In this document: piece by piece, positions 21,120 through 33,663 of the stretch
Numbering within the stretch: the first letter of the stretch is position 1
How the letters are laid out: each line of letters starts with the position of its first letter
Source: Diplonema japonicum
Lineage: Eukaryota > Protista > Euglenozoa: Diplonemea
Direction: 5' to 3'
Assembly: GCA_964019335.1 (NCBI GenBank)
Contig: OZ025653.1
Span: 620,001 to 684,000, forward strand
DNA: 64,000 nt
Notes under the pieces: generated by a model
Told to the model about the DNA's origin: nothing
The model's input: the letters and a program-made list of their open reading frames with translations, nothing else
Database searches by the model: none
Program-made: the position numbers and the translations under genes

Positions 21120-21900
21120 ATACCCTAAACATTTTCAGCACGCCTTGTATGTTGCCGCCGCCCGCCACAAACGGGCCTCGCACCATGCCTGGGACGTTGT
21201 AAATCCTGATTTTTTTTTTTTTTTATTTCACTCTTCGTCATTTTCTTCACTCACTAGGGGCCTCATTATTTAACGCGAAATGGCCATTATTTAACGCGAA
21301 ACGGCCATTATTTAACGCGAAATCGCCATTATTTAACTAGTTAAATAATGAGATTTTGCAGTTAAATAATGGCCCTTCAGAGTGAAAAAATGGGTCTTGT
21401 CGTGGAAAAAAATGCACCCAACCCCTTGAAAAATTTTTTTGGGGTGGGGGTATTTTGACTATTTTTGGCCATCTGAGGCCATTCCAGCCCTTAAAAGTGG
21501 GAATAAGTGCCTTACTTCCCCTTTAAATGCCACGGCGAAATAGCTACCCTGTATTACCTTAGGAAAATCCCCAAAAAGCTGACCTGCGTGAAAAAAAACA
21601 GCAGTGAAAGCAGTGAAGAGTGAGTGACTCAAATGACGAAGAGTGAAATAAAACGACTTACTTGCCGCCAAATGAGCCATTATTTAACACTCGTTACCCG
21701 TTTTTTTGCACTCGGGCCCTGCGGGCCCTCGTGCAAAAAATTCGGGAACTCGAGTTAAATAATGACTCATTATTTGTTGGCAATAAATAGTTATTTTTAA
21801 ACGCATACATAACGGACTTGTCCTCTTCGACGTGAGCAAAGGTGCGCACCGCAGAAAGCGTTGTTTGAAAAGAAACGCACACCCTTCGGTTGATGATCTT

Positions 21901-21934
<34 letters not shown>

Positions 21935-22871
21935 CAAATCTTTTTTCCCCAGTTCCTCATACCAAGCCCTCGGTGCTGTGAAGCCACATAACTTCCTGAG
22001 CATGCCCAAAGGTGCCCGCCCAGAAGGGTCCAGGCTTTCGAGGCTGTTTAGGACGGGATGACGCAACATCCACAGGGATGCAGTTTTCCATGAAAGCTTG
22101 CTTGGCCGGGTCGGGGATGGCCTTGCCGCGTACAGTGCCTGTCCCTAGTTCTTCCGGAAGGCCGAACTGCAGTAATGCATCGATTGTGGCAGAGGTGCGG
22201 GTCTTCCAGTCAGCGTAGGAGACAGTCTTCACGCAAGGAAGGTGGGAGAGAAGATCCTTCATATCGAGGAAGTCGGCTAGCTCTAAGAACTGAGGGTCAG
22301 AGGTACTCCTGAAGGCAGGGATGCCAAACTGCATAGGTGGCAAGACGGCAGTTCTCCCTGTCTTTGCAGCCAGCATCAGGAAAGGTAGAATAGCAGTCCG
22401 AATACCTGACGCAAACCCCACTTGAACAGCAGGGAGCAGCAAAAATCTTTCGTCGTAATTTTCAGAAGACGAAGGAGGAGGAAGAAGAGGTGCAACAGGC
22501 GGCGGCGGGCGGACAGGAGCCGCAAAAGACTGCGGCCGTGTAATAGTGTGTCTTGGTCTCTCCTGATCCCTGTTTTTCCTCCACACATTCGGCTTGTTGT
22601 AAGCCGTCTGCAGCCTTGTGTACTGTTCGTCTTCCTTGTCCCCAGCAGGGTTTGCTTCCTTGTTTCCAACAGGGTTTGCCTGCTGTGTCTCGTCTATGTT
22701 TTTTGCTTCGTCGTCGCTAAGGAGCCGCTCCTCCTCCTCGAGTCTTTTTATTAACGTGTTTTCGATATCGATTGCCTTTCGCTGGTTGGCGTCATCTCCG
22801 CTGTATAGAAGCATCACAAAGAAAAACGCAAGCCCGCCCAAAACACATGTGTGCGACCGCTTCACCTTCAT
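20395..22871 (-). CDS. Type II membrane O-fucosyltransferase-like (GT-B) protein, 3 introns
   Basis: N-terminal TM and stem, GFASG..LAAKTGRTAVLP, VQIRGE, LLVTDL, FGTGSM. ORFs 21957-22922 and 20395-21048 join via exons near 21809-21897 and 21124-21205. Confidence 0.7.
21221..21770. mobile_element. Nested MITE/foldback element in intron 21206-21808
   Basis: About 35-bp inverted repeats TTTTATTTCACTCTTCGTCATTT..TCACTCACT (21221-21255 and 21619-21653); tandem GCCATTATTTAACGCGAAA units; a second palindrome of about 95 bp at 21674-21768 built from the same CATTATTTAAC motif. Confidence 0.7.
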
Positions 22872-22907
<36 letters not shown>

Positions 22908-23390
22908 CGGTCTTTCCCCCACTCCCCCCCCCCCCCCCCTCCCACCCCACCTTTTGTAACGATACTTTTATTCGGGTAGGAGAATGAGAAAAAAAAGAGA
23001 GAAAAAATATGTGGGATTTTTTTTTTTTTTTTTTGGGAATGGAGATTGGGGGAGAGATTGGTGGGGACGGAGGGGAGGGGTTAAAAAAGGGATTTGGCAA
23101 GGGGGGGGGAGGAATAAAAATATGGGAAAGGACCAGGGTCGGGAGAAGAAAGAAAAAAAAAGTGTGGAATTTCTTTATGGAGAAAGTGGGGGTATTATGG
23201 GTGGATGAGGGAGTAAAAAAAAAAAAAAAAGTGCAAAAATCATATATGAAGGAGAAAAAAAAGGAGGGGTAAAAAAAATCAGAAAAAGTTTAGGGAAGAT
23301 GAATTTCATTTTTTTTTTTAAAAAAAAAAATAATATCTCCATCTACCTGGCGAGAATACGTTTACTTTTTCTTCCTCCTCCTCAGGACAA

Positions 23391-23421
<31 letters not shown>

Positions 23422-23463
23422 CGTTCGCGAGGGGGGGGAAAAAAAAAAAGAAGAAACAAAAAA

Positions 23464-24237
23464 TCACCTCTGAGACCATGCAATGGGTTCACCGGAGGTG
23501 TCCTGCGCTAAATAACACGTTGAATTCCCGTACTTAAGCAAAACAGGGTGTTTTTCAGAAAGGTGGATTGACACCAAAGGCGGGGTTTCATCTTTATCGA
23601 ATTTTTGTTTCATGAAGGTTCGAAGGGGGGCAAGGGGGTACCGTTGCCCCGCTACATCTTCAGTAATGGGGGATTGCGTCTGGGTGCGGATTTCGGTAAT
23701 GCAAACTCCAGTTGGGTTTCGTGTGAAGGCCACCATCTGACCCTTTTTACACACAATATCAACGCTGGAGGAGAACAAAGCGAGACGCGACACGAACTTA
23801 GGGAAATCGTCGATCAGACCTACCGCTTCGTAAGAAATAGTTGGCAAAGGGAACTCAACATCGGAAGGAATCGACTCAAATGGGAGAGAGAGCCTGGAAA
23901 CACCCCCAAGGCTCCCTGATAAAGTGATTAAAATCTCTTTGACAGGAGGAGCAATCGACAACTCCAGAGCCTCACCATCCACCAATGTGTCCAGCACCCC
24001 GCACAGCTGAGAAATATCCATTTCCACCTTCATTTCTGTTTTACACTCATATTCACTAAATTCTGTCGCTTCTAAAGCACATTGCACCATACAGCTCCCC
24101 CCTGCCTGTACCAAAACCACTCTGTCTTCTTCGAGCATCAATGAGGTTTTCCCCACCCACTCCCTCTGCCTCAGTACTTGCAGGAAGTTCTTAAGCTTGC
24201 TATCGGCACACTTCAATCTCCATTGGGGTTCTTGCAT
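23464..24237 (-). CDS. Divergent PCNA-family sliding clamp
   Basis: 257 aa (clamp length); FSEYEC..MDIS.L in the N-domain, LP..Y interdomain linker, YPL..L..F.K and VSIHLSEKHPVLLKY..YLA C-terminal pattern. Confidence 0.75.
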   Translation of the reverse strand: MQEPQWRLKCADSKLKNFLQVLRQREWVGKTSLMLEEDRVVLVQAGGSCMVQCALEATEFSEYECKTEMKVEMDISQLCGVLDTLVDGEALELSIAPPVKEILITLSGSLGGVSRLSLPFESIPSDVEFPLPTISYEAVGLIDDFPKFVSRLALFSSSVDIVCKKGQMVAFTRNPTGVCITEIRTQTQSPITEDVAGQRYPLAPLRTFMKQKFDKDETPPLVSIHLSEKHPVLLKYGNSTCYLAQDTSGEPIAWSQR

Positions 24238-24961
24238 TTTTTTTTGTTTGTTTTTTTTTTTTTTGTTTCCCCTCCTATTTTTTTAAAAGAAAAAAAAAAA
24301 AAAAAAAAAAAAAACAACAGGGGGGAAAAAAAAAACAGAGAAAAAAAAAAGGAAAAAAAAAAGAATATAATAGACCATTAGTCCTGCAGTTTGTTGGCTT
24401 TTGTTTATTTCGTTAGCCTTTTTTTTTTTTTTAGTACTACATAAGAAAAAAATTGAAATAAATAATTGAAAAACCTTGGCAATGCGTAAAGCACAAGATG
24501 GGAAAAAAAAGGGGGGGGGAGAGGGGGGGAGTAGGTTCGTGAGAGTGGAGAAGATAGTGATGCAAAGGGGAAAAAAAAAGATTCTTTTTTTTTTTTCGCT
24601 CTCTCTCTCTCTCGGTTCATATTTCTTTTTTTTTTCTCCTTCTTTTTTTCCCCCAGTTGAAGGGAGTTTTCTCCCCCCCCAAAAAAAAACAATGGTCCTT
24701 CTCCCCGATAGTTTCGGCAAGGTCAAAAAAGGAACATTGAAAACCATCAATAAAAAAAAAAAAAAAGCTTTCCTCTTACGACCCCTCCTCCCCATTTCCC
24801 CCTTCTTTTTTATTCAGTTCTGGTGAAATAAACAAATACAACAGTGAATAAGGGGGAAGTAAGAAAAAAAAAGAAAGAAAAAAAAAAACCCCCCCTTCCT
24901 TCTTGCAAAAAAAAAAAGTTCAATTTGAAAACGAATTCTATTTTTTTTCTCCCCCCCCCCT

Positions 24962-26056
24962 TCAAATTCTTATATTTGTGTATCGAATATCGTACGGGAG
25001 AAGAACATATCGAGTTGAAAAGTTGAATATTATACCGAGGGCAATCGAAATGGGGAGGGCGGGGAGTGCTTTTCGGAAAATTCCAAGACAAATTAGCGTA
25101 GCGCAAAGGCCGGTAAGAACAGCAAGAAAGCAAACGACCCACGGTAGGTAATCATACACGGCGGCTCGGCCCACCAAGACGGAGTAGAAAACAAAATCAC
25201 CAAGACCGAGCTTGTAGGACTTTGATTCATAAATAAGACCGGGGATCGCTTGGTCCCGCTTTTGACTTTCTTCCACAAGGGCTTTTAACGGCCCCTTGGG
25301 GCAAAGTACCGAAAACACATCGTACAGTGCAACTGCGGCCAACAACACCCATGTCGTCCATTCAGGTATTCTTGTTAAGAACCAAGCCATAATTGAACTC
25401 GTTGCTACAAGGTACGCCTGCGTCATTTTAGGGTGTCCTCGAAAATAGATACAAATCACACCGACGGTTCCGAAATTCAGTAGAATTATGAAACAGCTTA
25501 TCGCATCGTAGGGAATTTGGTATTTTGTGCAGAACAGATCGAACCAAATCCATCCCATTACATATAAAATCATTGCGGAGGAGGTTATGAGCCAGCCTGC
25601 AATAATCTTCATGCAGTTGTATTTGTACAAAACAACCATGATGGATGTGACAAGGATGAAGAAGCCCACGATGACAATGCTGTTCAAAACCGCACCGGAG
25701 AATTTCTCGGATGAACTGTCGTTTTTGTTCTCCGTCGCCACAGGGAGCAACAGACCGCCCTGAGACGCATCTGATACTTTTGAAATCGGAGTGAAGTTAG
25801 TAACTGCCCACACGACTATTATCATCGTCATAGAGACCGGGATTAGAAGGGCCATGGTGTAATCGCTGAACTTTCTTGCCAAGGTATGCCCGCCCTTCGG
25901 CTTCACCTTTCTCTCCTTGAACACCTTTCGTTGTTGTTTCCCCTCGTCGACAATCTGCGGGTGTTCCTCGTAGTCATCTTCACTGTCATCGTGAACGTAT
26001 TTTTCAAACAGTCTTCTGAATAGCACCCCATCTGGGGTGTTGCTGTTAACGATGCT

Positions 26057-26105
<49 letters not shown>

Positions 26106-28046
26106 CATAAAGGACCGCTATTTTTCGTCTAAAAAGTCGATTTTGAACTTTTCGTTCAAATACCAAATAAAATGGCGAGGGTGGAGTTAGAGGGTGTGTA
26201 CCTATATTATTTTCACTACCCCATTTCTGGAGCGCGAAGCGGCCTGCATTTCAGCCCCAGACGCGCCCAAACTTTGGTGGTAGAGCAGCATTTGAGAGAA
26301 ACAACTCTTGCAAAGGGCACATGCTATCCGGAGGTTCCATGGTTTCGGCAAGCAGCGCTTATTCAGCGTGCAGGGTGGGCTGGTTATTTTTTTTTTCACC
26401 ACTTATGGCCGTTCTTTGAACACAAGGTCCGAGGTGCCGCAGATATGCGACTTGTCCAATTTAAACGTATTTTTATTTTCAAGTGATTTTCAAGAGGTTT
26501 TCAGGTGGTTTTTTAAGGTGTCGTTAGTGTGAAAAAATTCGAAACAGGGCACAGGGCACAGGGCACAGGGCACAGGGCACAGGGCACAGGGCACAGGGCA
26601 CATTGCTACGTTGCAATCTCTGCACGAGAACATGGCCTGGGCGTTTTTTCTCTAATTTGCTGCACACAGTGCAATTCCATGCCTTTTGCATCTTTTCAGG
26701 ACACATTGAAGGTGCACCCTTGATACGTGAAGGTGCACCCTGAGGGGTAGGTATCTTAGGCTCCGGCGGGGAACGCTTGATGTGGGTGCCACCTTTTGCG
26801 TTAAATAATAATAATAATATTGTTCGACAAGATTTTTTGCCACACACTTGCTGACACTGAATGGGTATTCTGGGAGCAATTTCCGGGTTTTCCTGATCGT
26901 CCCCATGCAGTGGAAATCCGCATTGTAAATCCGTATCAACAATGGGACAAGCGAAAGCAGTTGTCAAAGACAATCCAGTAATTCTGGTGCTGATATTCGG
27001 TGAGCAGCTCTCCTGGGTGCCCGCACCGGTACAAACAATCATGTTTAGAGTGTAACCGGTGTCTGAATCGCATTTTGAACCCATAACGCTTCCTCTTCTT
27101 GGGCTCATAAACAATGAACCCGACACGGCTTCTACAGCGTATGATGATTCATCCACAGCAAGGTTTCGCTTGGGTACATCAAGGATGACCAAGAAGGAAC
27201 CACAAGATTTATAAGATTGCGCCCTTTAGCCATTCTGTCTCCTTCTCCTCCACCAGGGGGCAACCCAAACCGCATTTGGCGCATTATTCTTAGGAGCCTG
27301 TTTCTTTCCATTACCGTTCTGAAATATTGTGAATATGGGGTATCTGTGAGCCCATCCTGTGCCCAGTAGACCTTGATATCTGTCTTGATTATGAGCCCTG
27401 CAAGTATCTAAAAGCCTCTATACCACTCGAATGGCTTGCTGCCCACCCCACGATAGCCTTTTAGAGCCGCAGGAGTGAAAAACAACTCAAAGTACAGGAC
27501 AAGCCCCTTGCTGGAGGGCAGCCCTATCAAAAACAAAGGAAAAACCTCCAGCCCGTTGAGACCCACTACTGGTACACTTGGACCTGGTACCTTGCGAAAT
27601 ATTTTCCTCCCCACCTTCTCGATTTTGTCATCCCATTCCATATCCGGGATATCCCCATCATCCGGTGACACTGACCCTTCTTCAGAAGTGCTTTCGGCAC
27701 TACTCCTTATGGGGTGTAAAAAAAACAATGTCTGTGCCACTATTTTTTTTCTCCCCTTGCAGTTTGGATGCAAAAATTTACAGGCAATATAGCATTCAGT
27801 ATAAAAAAAGTCGCGCAATAGGGCCCTCTTTAAAGAGTGGGCATGCAGAGCACTAAAAATGCCTTAGCAGAATTTTAAATTTTTTTTTTTAAAGCTCCGG
27901 TCCTTTATGGGTTAATAATATTTACCTCTCAATGTGCCCTCCTTCCAGCATCGATGGGTTGTACTCTGCGTAAAACTTCTCGAGTTTTTTTTTCAACACT
28001 TCCTTTTCTTCGGCTGTTCGTGATACTCTGTTTTTTGTGTTGGTAG

Positions 28047-28082
<36 letters not shown>

Positions 28083-28306
28083 TAAACAAAGAAAAAATAA
28101 AAAAAAATACCCTTTCGGTTGTTCTTGCTTCTCTTGTTTTGAGTCGCCTTCATTTTCGTTTACCATCTTGGAAGAAGGGGAATGGGGGGGGGGGGGGGGG
28201 GGAGAAGTATTTATTTAAAAAAAAATACCTGCGTGTAACCTCCACCATCACTGGCCTCTTCCAGCTGGTCGTGCGCGATGATAGGCATTTCCTCCGTAGA
28301 TGACAT
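24962..28306 (-). CDS. PSEN: Presenilin (gamma-secretase catalytic subunit), 4 exons
   Basis: PEWTTW, YD, GLGDF and PALP motifs. Three upstream exons (MSSTEEM.../MVNENEG.../VSRTAEE...FYAEYNP) splice in frame across intron 26055-27925. Confidence 0.93.
26104..27911 (-). mobile_element. Degenerate, internally deleted piggyBac transposon in presenilin intron 3
   Basis: TTAA on both flanks; 14-bp TIR CCCATAAAGGACCG; transposase remnants LAVDES...CDSDTGYTLNMIV.TG and a C-terminal Cys-rich CTVC...C segment; frames are broken. Confidence 0.9.
26543..26601. repeat. (CACAGGG)n 7-bp tandem repeat inside the piggyBac Cys-rich remnant
   Basis: Direct tandem ACAGGGC units. Confidence 0.9.
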
Positions 28307-28426
28307 TTTCCCCTTTCTTTTTTTTTTCCTGTTCTCTCTTTTTTTTTTTGTTGCCCCTCCACCGCCTATGATTGTTTTTTTTTTTTTTTTTTTTTTTTTT
28401 TTTGGGAGGAAAAAAAAAAATTTTTT

Positions 28427-28651
28427 TTAAGTGGTTTCCAGGGCTAGCGTAACAAGAACAGCTTCCAAGTCACTTTTATCAATCTCCGTCTTGCCCTTTT
28501 GTTTTGCTCCTTCCCCAGCTCTCGACAGCACTTCGTCAATCAGCCCTGAATAAAACTCAGCAAGCAGCACTTTAGCCGCTGAAGAAATTTTACTACAGTT
28601 GTATTGCTGAAGGATGGCTTCTGTAAGTTCAAGGCTAGCGCTCTGCTCCAT
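28427..28651 (-). CDS. CENPX: CENP-X/MHF2 histone-fold protein
   Basis: 74 aa; KISSAAKVLLAEF...EVLSRA..AK....ID..DLE.VL..L.LE matches the MHF2 pattern. Confidence 0.78.
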   Translation of the reverse strand: MEQSASLELTEAILQQYNCSKISSAAKVLLAEFYSGLIDEVLSRAGEGAKQKGKTEIDKSDLEAVLVTLALETT

Positions 28652-29466
28652 TTATTCTCTCCTTCCCCCTCGTTGCCCCTTTGTCTTGACATCGGAAGAA
28701 GGAAAAAAAAAAAAAAAGATATAAATAATGTAGTGGGGAACGGGAGGGTGATGGGAAAGGAAAAGAAAATAGTGGAGAAAGAGAGAGAGAGAGAAAAGGA
28801 AAAAGTGGGGGAAGAAATAAAATGGGGGCTTAAATGAAAATAAAATGGGAGGAAAACTCAAAGGTATGGGTGTTTTCCTCTTCTCCCCTTTTGCCATTTT
28901 TAAACCGGAAATCGAAATGTGGGCCATGATTGAGGCTTAGGCGCCTTTGGCAGCTTCGGTGAAGGGGAAATTCACACTCAAAATATAGTACTTGCCCTTA
29001 GTTTTGTAGACATTTTGATCCGTGACATTGAAGAATCCAAAAGTGCAGGGGAGAGATTTTTTTCTTTTTTTTTTCTTTTTTTTTGCCACAGCAAGAGGGG
29101 TAAATAATAATAATAATAATAATAATAATAGCTACAACAAGGATTTTGAGGGTGGGAAAAAAAAAATGGAAAAAAAAATGGAGTGGAGTTAAGTATCGTG
29201 TGTAAAAGGAGAAAAAAAAAATCAAAACAACATTTGTAAGGGGGGGTAAGGGAGAGAAATAATTTTCCGATCGTTTTTTTTTTTTAAAGCCCCGTTTAAA
29301 CTCCCTTCTCCCCCTCCATTCCTTTTTTTTTTTTCCCATAATACTGCAAGGATGCTTACAGCTTCTTTTATTTCTCTTTTTTTTTTTAAAAAAAAAGGAG
29401 AGGGGGAGGAGGAGGGACTTTTTAAAAATGGAAAAAGATAAATGAAGTCTGACGCAACTAAACGCC

Positions 29467-29507
<41 letters not shown>

Positions 29508-29697
29508 CAGAAAGTGAGGGAAAACATGTGGCAATTTGCTCGCGTGTTCAGCCTTTCTTATTCTCCCTGCATTCTTGACTTAGACTGGGGTGGGGTTTTT
29601 TTTTTCCTTCTTTTTTTTGCCAAACGGGCTCTTCTTCCGTTTGGACTATATTGCTTATAGGGTAAATTAATGCAAGCTTGTTGCCGCCTGGCAAGAG

Positions 29698-29742
<45 letters not shown>

Positions 29743-29824
29743 CTTCTTTTAAGAGATAAAAGAGGCCATTACAGGGCGCACCTGGCCGAGCTGCAGCTTC
29801 TTCTGCATTCCGCATCTTTGCTTT

Positions 29825-29975
29825 TAATGCGTGCGGTGTGCAGCTCAGCCCTAGCAAGAAGCGCCTCGGGTAACCAAGATTCTGCGCTCGTGCAGTTTGC
29901 TGCCCGTTCGTCACCCTGAGCATCTGCAATACGTTCTTCCACCAGGGCACAACATATCTGATGTACTTCTTTATA
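29825..29975 (-). repeat. Dispersed degenerate repeat (second copy at 55511-55616)
   Basis: Shared blocks TAATGCGTGCGGTGTGCAG, GCGCTCGTGCAGTTTGCTGC..GTTCGTCACCC and ATCTGATG..CTTCTTTATA in the same order. Confidence 0.8.
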
Positions 29976-29981
29976 CCAAGG

Positions 29982-30013
<32 letters not shown>

Positions 30014-30109
30014 GCATAGCTCGTTGAGAATATCTACAGAAGAAAAAAAAGAAAAATGTATGTATAAATATAAAAAGAAATTGTCGGTGGATGCACTCAT
30101 TGTTAGAAG

Positions 30110-30149
<40 letters not shown>

Positions 30150-32219
30150 ATAGAATGCCTTAAGTTGCTCACGTCTCTGCAATTTTTCTTTAGAGGAACA
30201 GCACCAAGACTCCCAACGTGATCACTCACTGCAGCGGCCTTTCGTGCTGTTCCTGACACTTTACTAATATGAATACAAACGTGGGACTAAGGGGTAGGGG
30301 GTCGTGAAAAAAGAATAACTTCTTTATCAACTTTTTTTTTCCCCGGGGGGGTGAAATACAATACTCTCATAAGTAATGAGTCTATTTTTCTTTTTTTTTT
30401 TTTCAAACGCTATTTTCGGGCAATTCAGCAGTCTGCAAGGAAGACTACTGTTGCTTTGCTTGGTTTAGATATCCCCCCCCCCCCATTTTTCTTTCTGCAA
30501 GGATTATGCAAAGGAAATGAATCCCGTATTTTTTTTTTCTTCTTTTTTTTTTCCCCCGGCACCCAAAAAAAAAAAAGGGCGAGGATCCTTATCAAAAAAA
30601 AAGGTGGCAGGAACAACACCAAGGACCACAAGCTCATATTTTCGTTTTCATGGTTTTTTTCTCTCTCTTTTCTTCTTCTTCTTTTTTCTGCATGCTGAGG
30701 GGTAAATAAATGGCTCGGAATATGTTTATTACTTTTATTATTATTATTTTTCTTCGTTCTTCTTCTATTCTCGGTTTTTTTTTTTTTTGCTACCTCCTCA
30801 TCTCTATGCATGCGTGTATCAACTAGAAATTTTAAAAATTAAAAAAATATAGTGTTTAAAGTAGAACAAGGAGTATAACTTTCCCCTTGCCATTTTTTTT
30901 GGGGGGGGGCGTGTGCTCATGAAAAAGCTACAAGAAGGTAAAAAAAAAAAAAAAAACCTCCTCCGTCGGTCGTAGTGGGTGTTTCTTTTTTCTCCCATCA
31001 TTTTTTTTTTCTTTTGCATTGAACTGCCTAGTTGGGGGGGTTCTTTTTGACCCCCGTCGAATTTTTTTTTAGATTCCCATTTTCCATCCCCTTCCTTCCC
31101 CCCCCCCCCATTCCACATACTTATAAGCAGTTAATCATGACGGCCCAGCAGTATAAAAAAGGGGTGAAGACCCACTTGCTGAATTATCCCCCCCTGCTTT
31201 TAGGGCGTTTATTATTCTTGCATTAAAAGGAAAGAGTGGGGGGGGGGGGGGGGGGGGGTGAAGGTGAAGAAGAAAAGGCAGGGAGAACAAAAAAAAGGAA
31301 AAAAAAAAAGCGCCCTTTTAATACAGCACTCATAAGCGTATTTTGGTTATAAAAAAAAAAGTCCATATTGGAGAGCGGGAATAATAGCTATTGGCTGCTG
31401 TAATCATTGCTCAGCAGTAGAAAAATTCTTCCCCCCCCCCCCGATTCTCGTTCGCGTTGTGCCCTTCTGAGGTAGCATTATTTCGACTCAGCAGCTGGCA
31501 GAGTGGATTCATGAGGTGGGGGGGGGGGGGGGGGGGTAGCAATTATAAGAGAAGAAGAATGAGACAATCAAAAAAAAAACGTTTTTTTTTTTTCTCATTT
31601 TTTTTTTACTCCTCAATTTTACTTCATTCACGGCCCAGTTGTAACATGTGGTCATTTAGCAAAAAAAAGGAAAAAAAAAATGGATTTCCAGCTCGGCTCG
31701 AATTTGGGGTGGTCGATGCTTTTTCCCTTTTTTTTTTTTTTTTTCTAATGGTTCCAAAATGCGACATCTTTCCACCCGTTTTTGATTCTTTCCCACTAGA
31801 ACGAAGTAAACTTGAGAGTAAAATAAAAAGCCCCCTTATTCACGTCCATGAGGTTCCTGTCACCCCCTTGATTTTTTTTTTTTTTTTTTTTTTTTTTCGA
31901 GTGACATAAAAATTCATTTTTCGTGTGAATAAAATGGCTATTTTTTTTTCTTTTTTTTTTCTTCCTTCATTTCTCTCCTTTCTTTTTCCCCTCCCCCTCT
32001 GCTAAAAGAAGAAAGTAAAAAAAAAATAGTATCCAAAGGCAGCAAAGTGCGATGCAGCAGCCGGGAAGATGGGGAAAGAAAAAAAGATTCCCCAATATTT
32101 CCAAATCGGGGGAGGGGGGGAAATTAAAATTGAACAGATCGGAGGAAATACAGAATTGTGTTTAGTATCCAGCATTATCGAAAGGTAAGGGGCACTCACT
32201 AATTTTCTTTTTTTTGTAA

Positions 32220-32382
32220 CCACTAAACCCACAGGCTAACAACCCGAAAAAGTCAATTTCCTAAAAAAATTCAAAAAAAAAAAAATGGCACTTTTGACCT
32301 TATAATTTTTGACAAAGTAAAAATTTCTTCTTTTTTTTTTTTTTTTAGTGTCATATATATATATGACATGTGGGTTTAGTGG
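32220..32382. mobile_element. Small MITE, piggyBac-like
   Basis: TIR CCACTAAACCCACA / TGTGGGTTTAGTGG flanked by GTAA and TTAA; internal palindrome TGTCATATATATATATGACA. Confidence 0.65.
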
Positions 32383-32540
32383 TTAAATTATAATTTCCCC
32401 CGTTTCAACAATCCAAGGGGAAAAAAAAAAAAAAAAAAAAAAAAAATAATAATACCCACAACAGACGCACAACATATGTTCCCTACAGGGAACCAGAATA
32501 TGGTTTGCCCCCCTCTTTTCTTCCCGAAGTTAAAACATAT

Positions 32541-32541
<1 letters not shown>

Positions 32542-32602
<61 letters not shown>

Positions 32603-32937
32603 GAAAAGAAAAAAAAAGAAAAGAAAAGAAAAGAAAAGAAAAGAAAAAAAAAGAAAAGAAAAGAAAAGAAAAGAAAAGAAAAGAAAAGAAAAGAAAAAAA
32701 AAGAAAAGAAAAGAAAAGAAAAGAAAAGAAAAGAAAAGAAAAGAAAAGAAAAGAAAAGAAAAGAAAAGAAAAGAAAAGAAAAGAAAAGAAAAGAAAAGAA
32801 AAGAAAAGAAAAGAAAAGAAAAGAAAAGAAAAGAAAAGAAAAGAAAAGAAAAGAAAAGAAAAGAAAAGAAAAGAAAAGAAAAGAAAAGAAAAGAAAAGAA
32901 AAGAAAAGAAAAGAAAAGAAAAGAAAAGAAAAGAAAA
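32542..32937. repeat. Poly-A followed by a (GAAAA)n pentanucleotide satellite
   Basis: About 350 bp of near-perfect AAAAG units; the ORFs called here are artefacts. Confidence 0.97.
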
Positions 32938-33396
32938 CAATGCGTAAAGAAAATAAAAATAGATCATGGAAGAAAAAGAAAGCCGTAGTTCAAAGAAGAA
33001 AAAAAAAAAAAAAAAAAAAAAAACAGGAAGAGAGTGGCAGTTTAGTTATTTTAAAATACGGCAAAGTAAATAAAATTTTTTAACGTCACGGTGACACACA
33101 AGTAAAAACGGCGCTTGTTTTTGAGACTGTCTAGCAGCCCATCGCCCTGGCACAAACCTCCCTGAAACCTCGCTTAAGGGGAGGCATCACAGGTTACACC
33201 AAGACACGACCAAAAGGTCTTGCTGCCCCTGAAGTATATACTTAAAATACTGCCAAAAAATCAGCAACGGACTCCCACCAAAAGAAAAGAAGAAAAAAAT
33301 AGCAATAAAAAAAAAGAAGAAGAAGAAGGGGGGAACAGGGGGGAAAGAGAAGGCGTCAGCAATTAATCTACCGCCTGAAAGAAGAAGAGAAGATGG

Positions 33397-33431
<35 letters not shown>

Positions 33432-33663
33432 AGTAAAATATAATGAAGAGGGGAGGGAGAAGTAAATGTAATTAAAAAAAAAAAGAACGAAAGAGATCAG
33501 GGGTTTTTTTGAGTTTTTTTTCTTTTTTTCAATTCCCCTGATTCTTTTTTTCACCTCCCCCCCCTTTTTTTTTCCTTGCTCACCTTTCATCTTTACCTCA
33601 ATTTTATCATATCCACAAGGGGATATGGAAAGTCACAAAAAAAAAAAAAAAAAAAAAAAAAAA

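Noticed and set aside
32476-33083. Lys/Arg/Glu-rich and Phe/Ser/Leu-rich ORFs
   Set aside because: Translations of the (GAAAA)n satellite.
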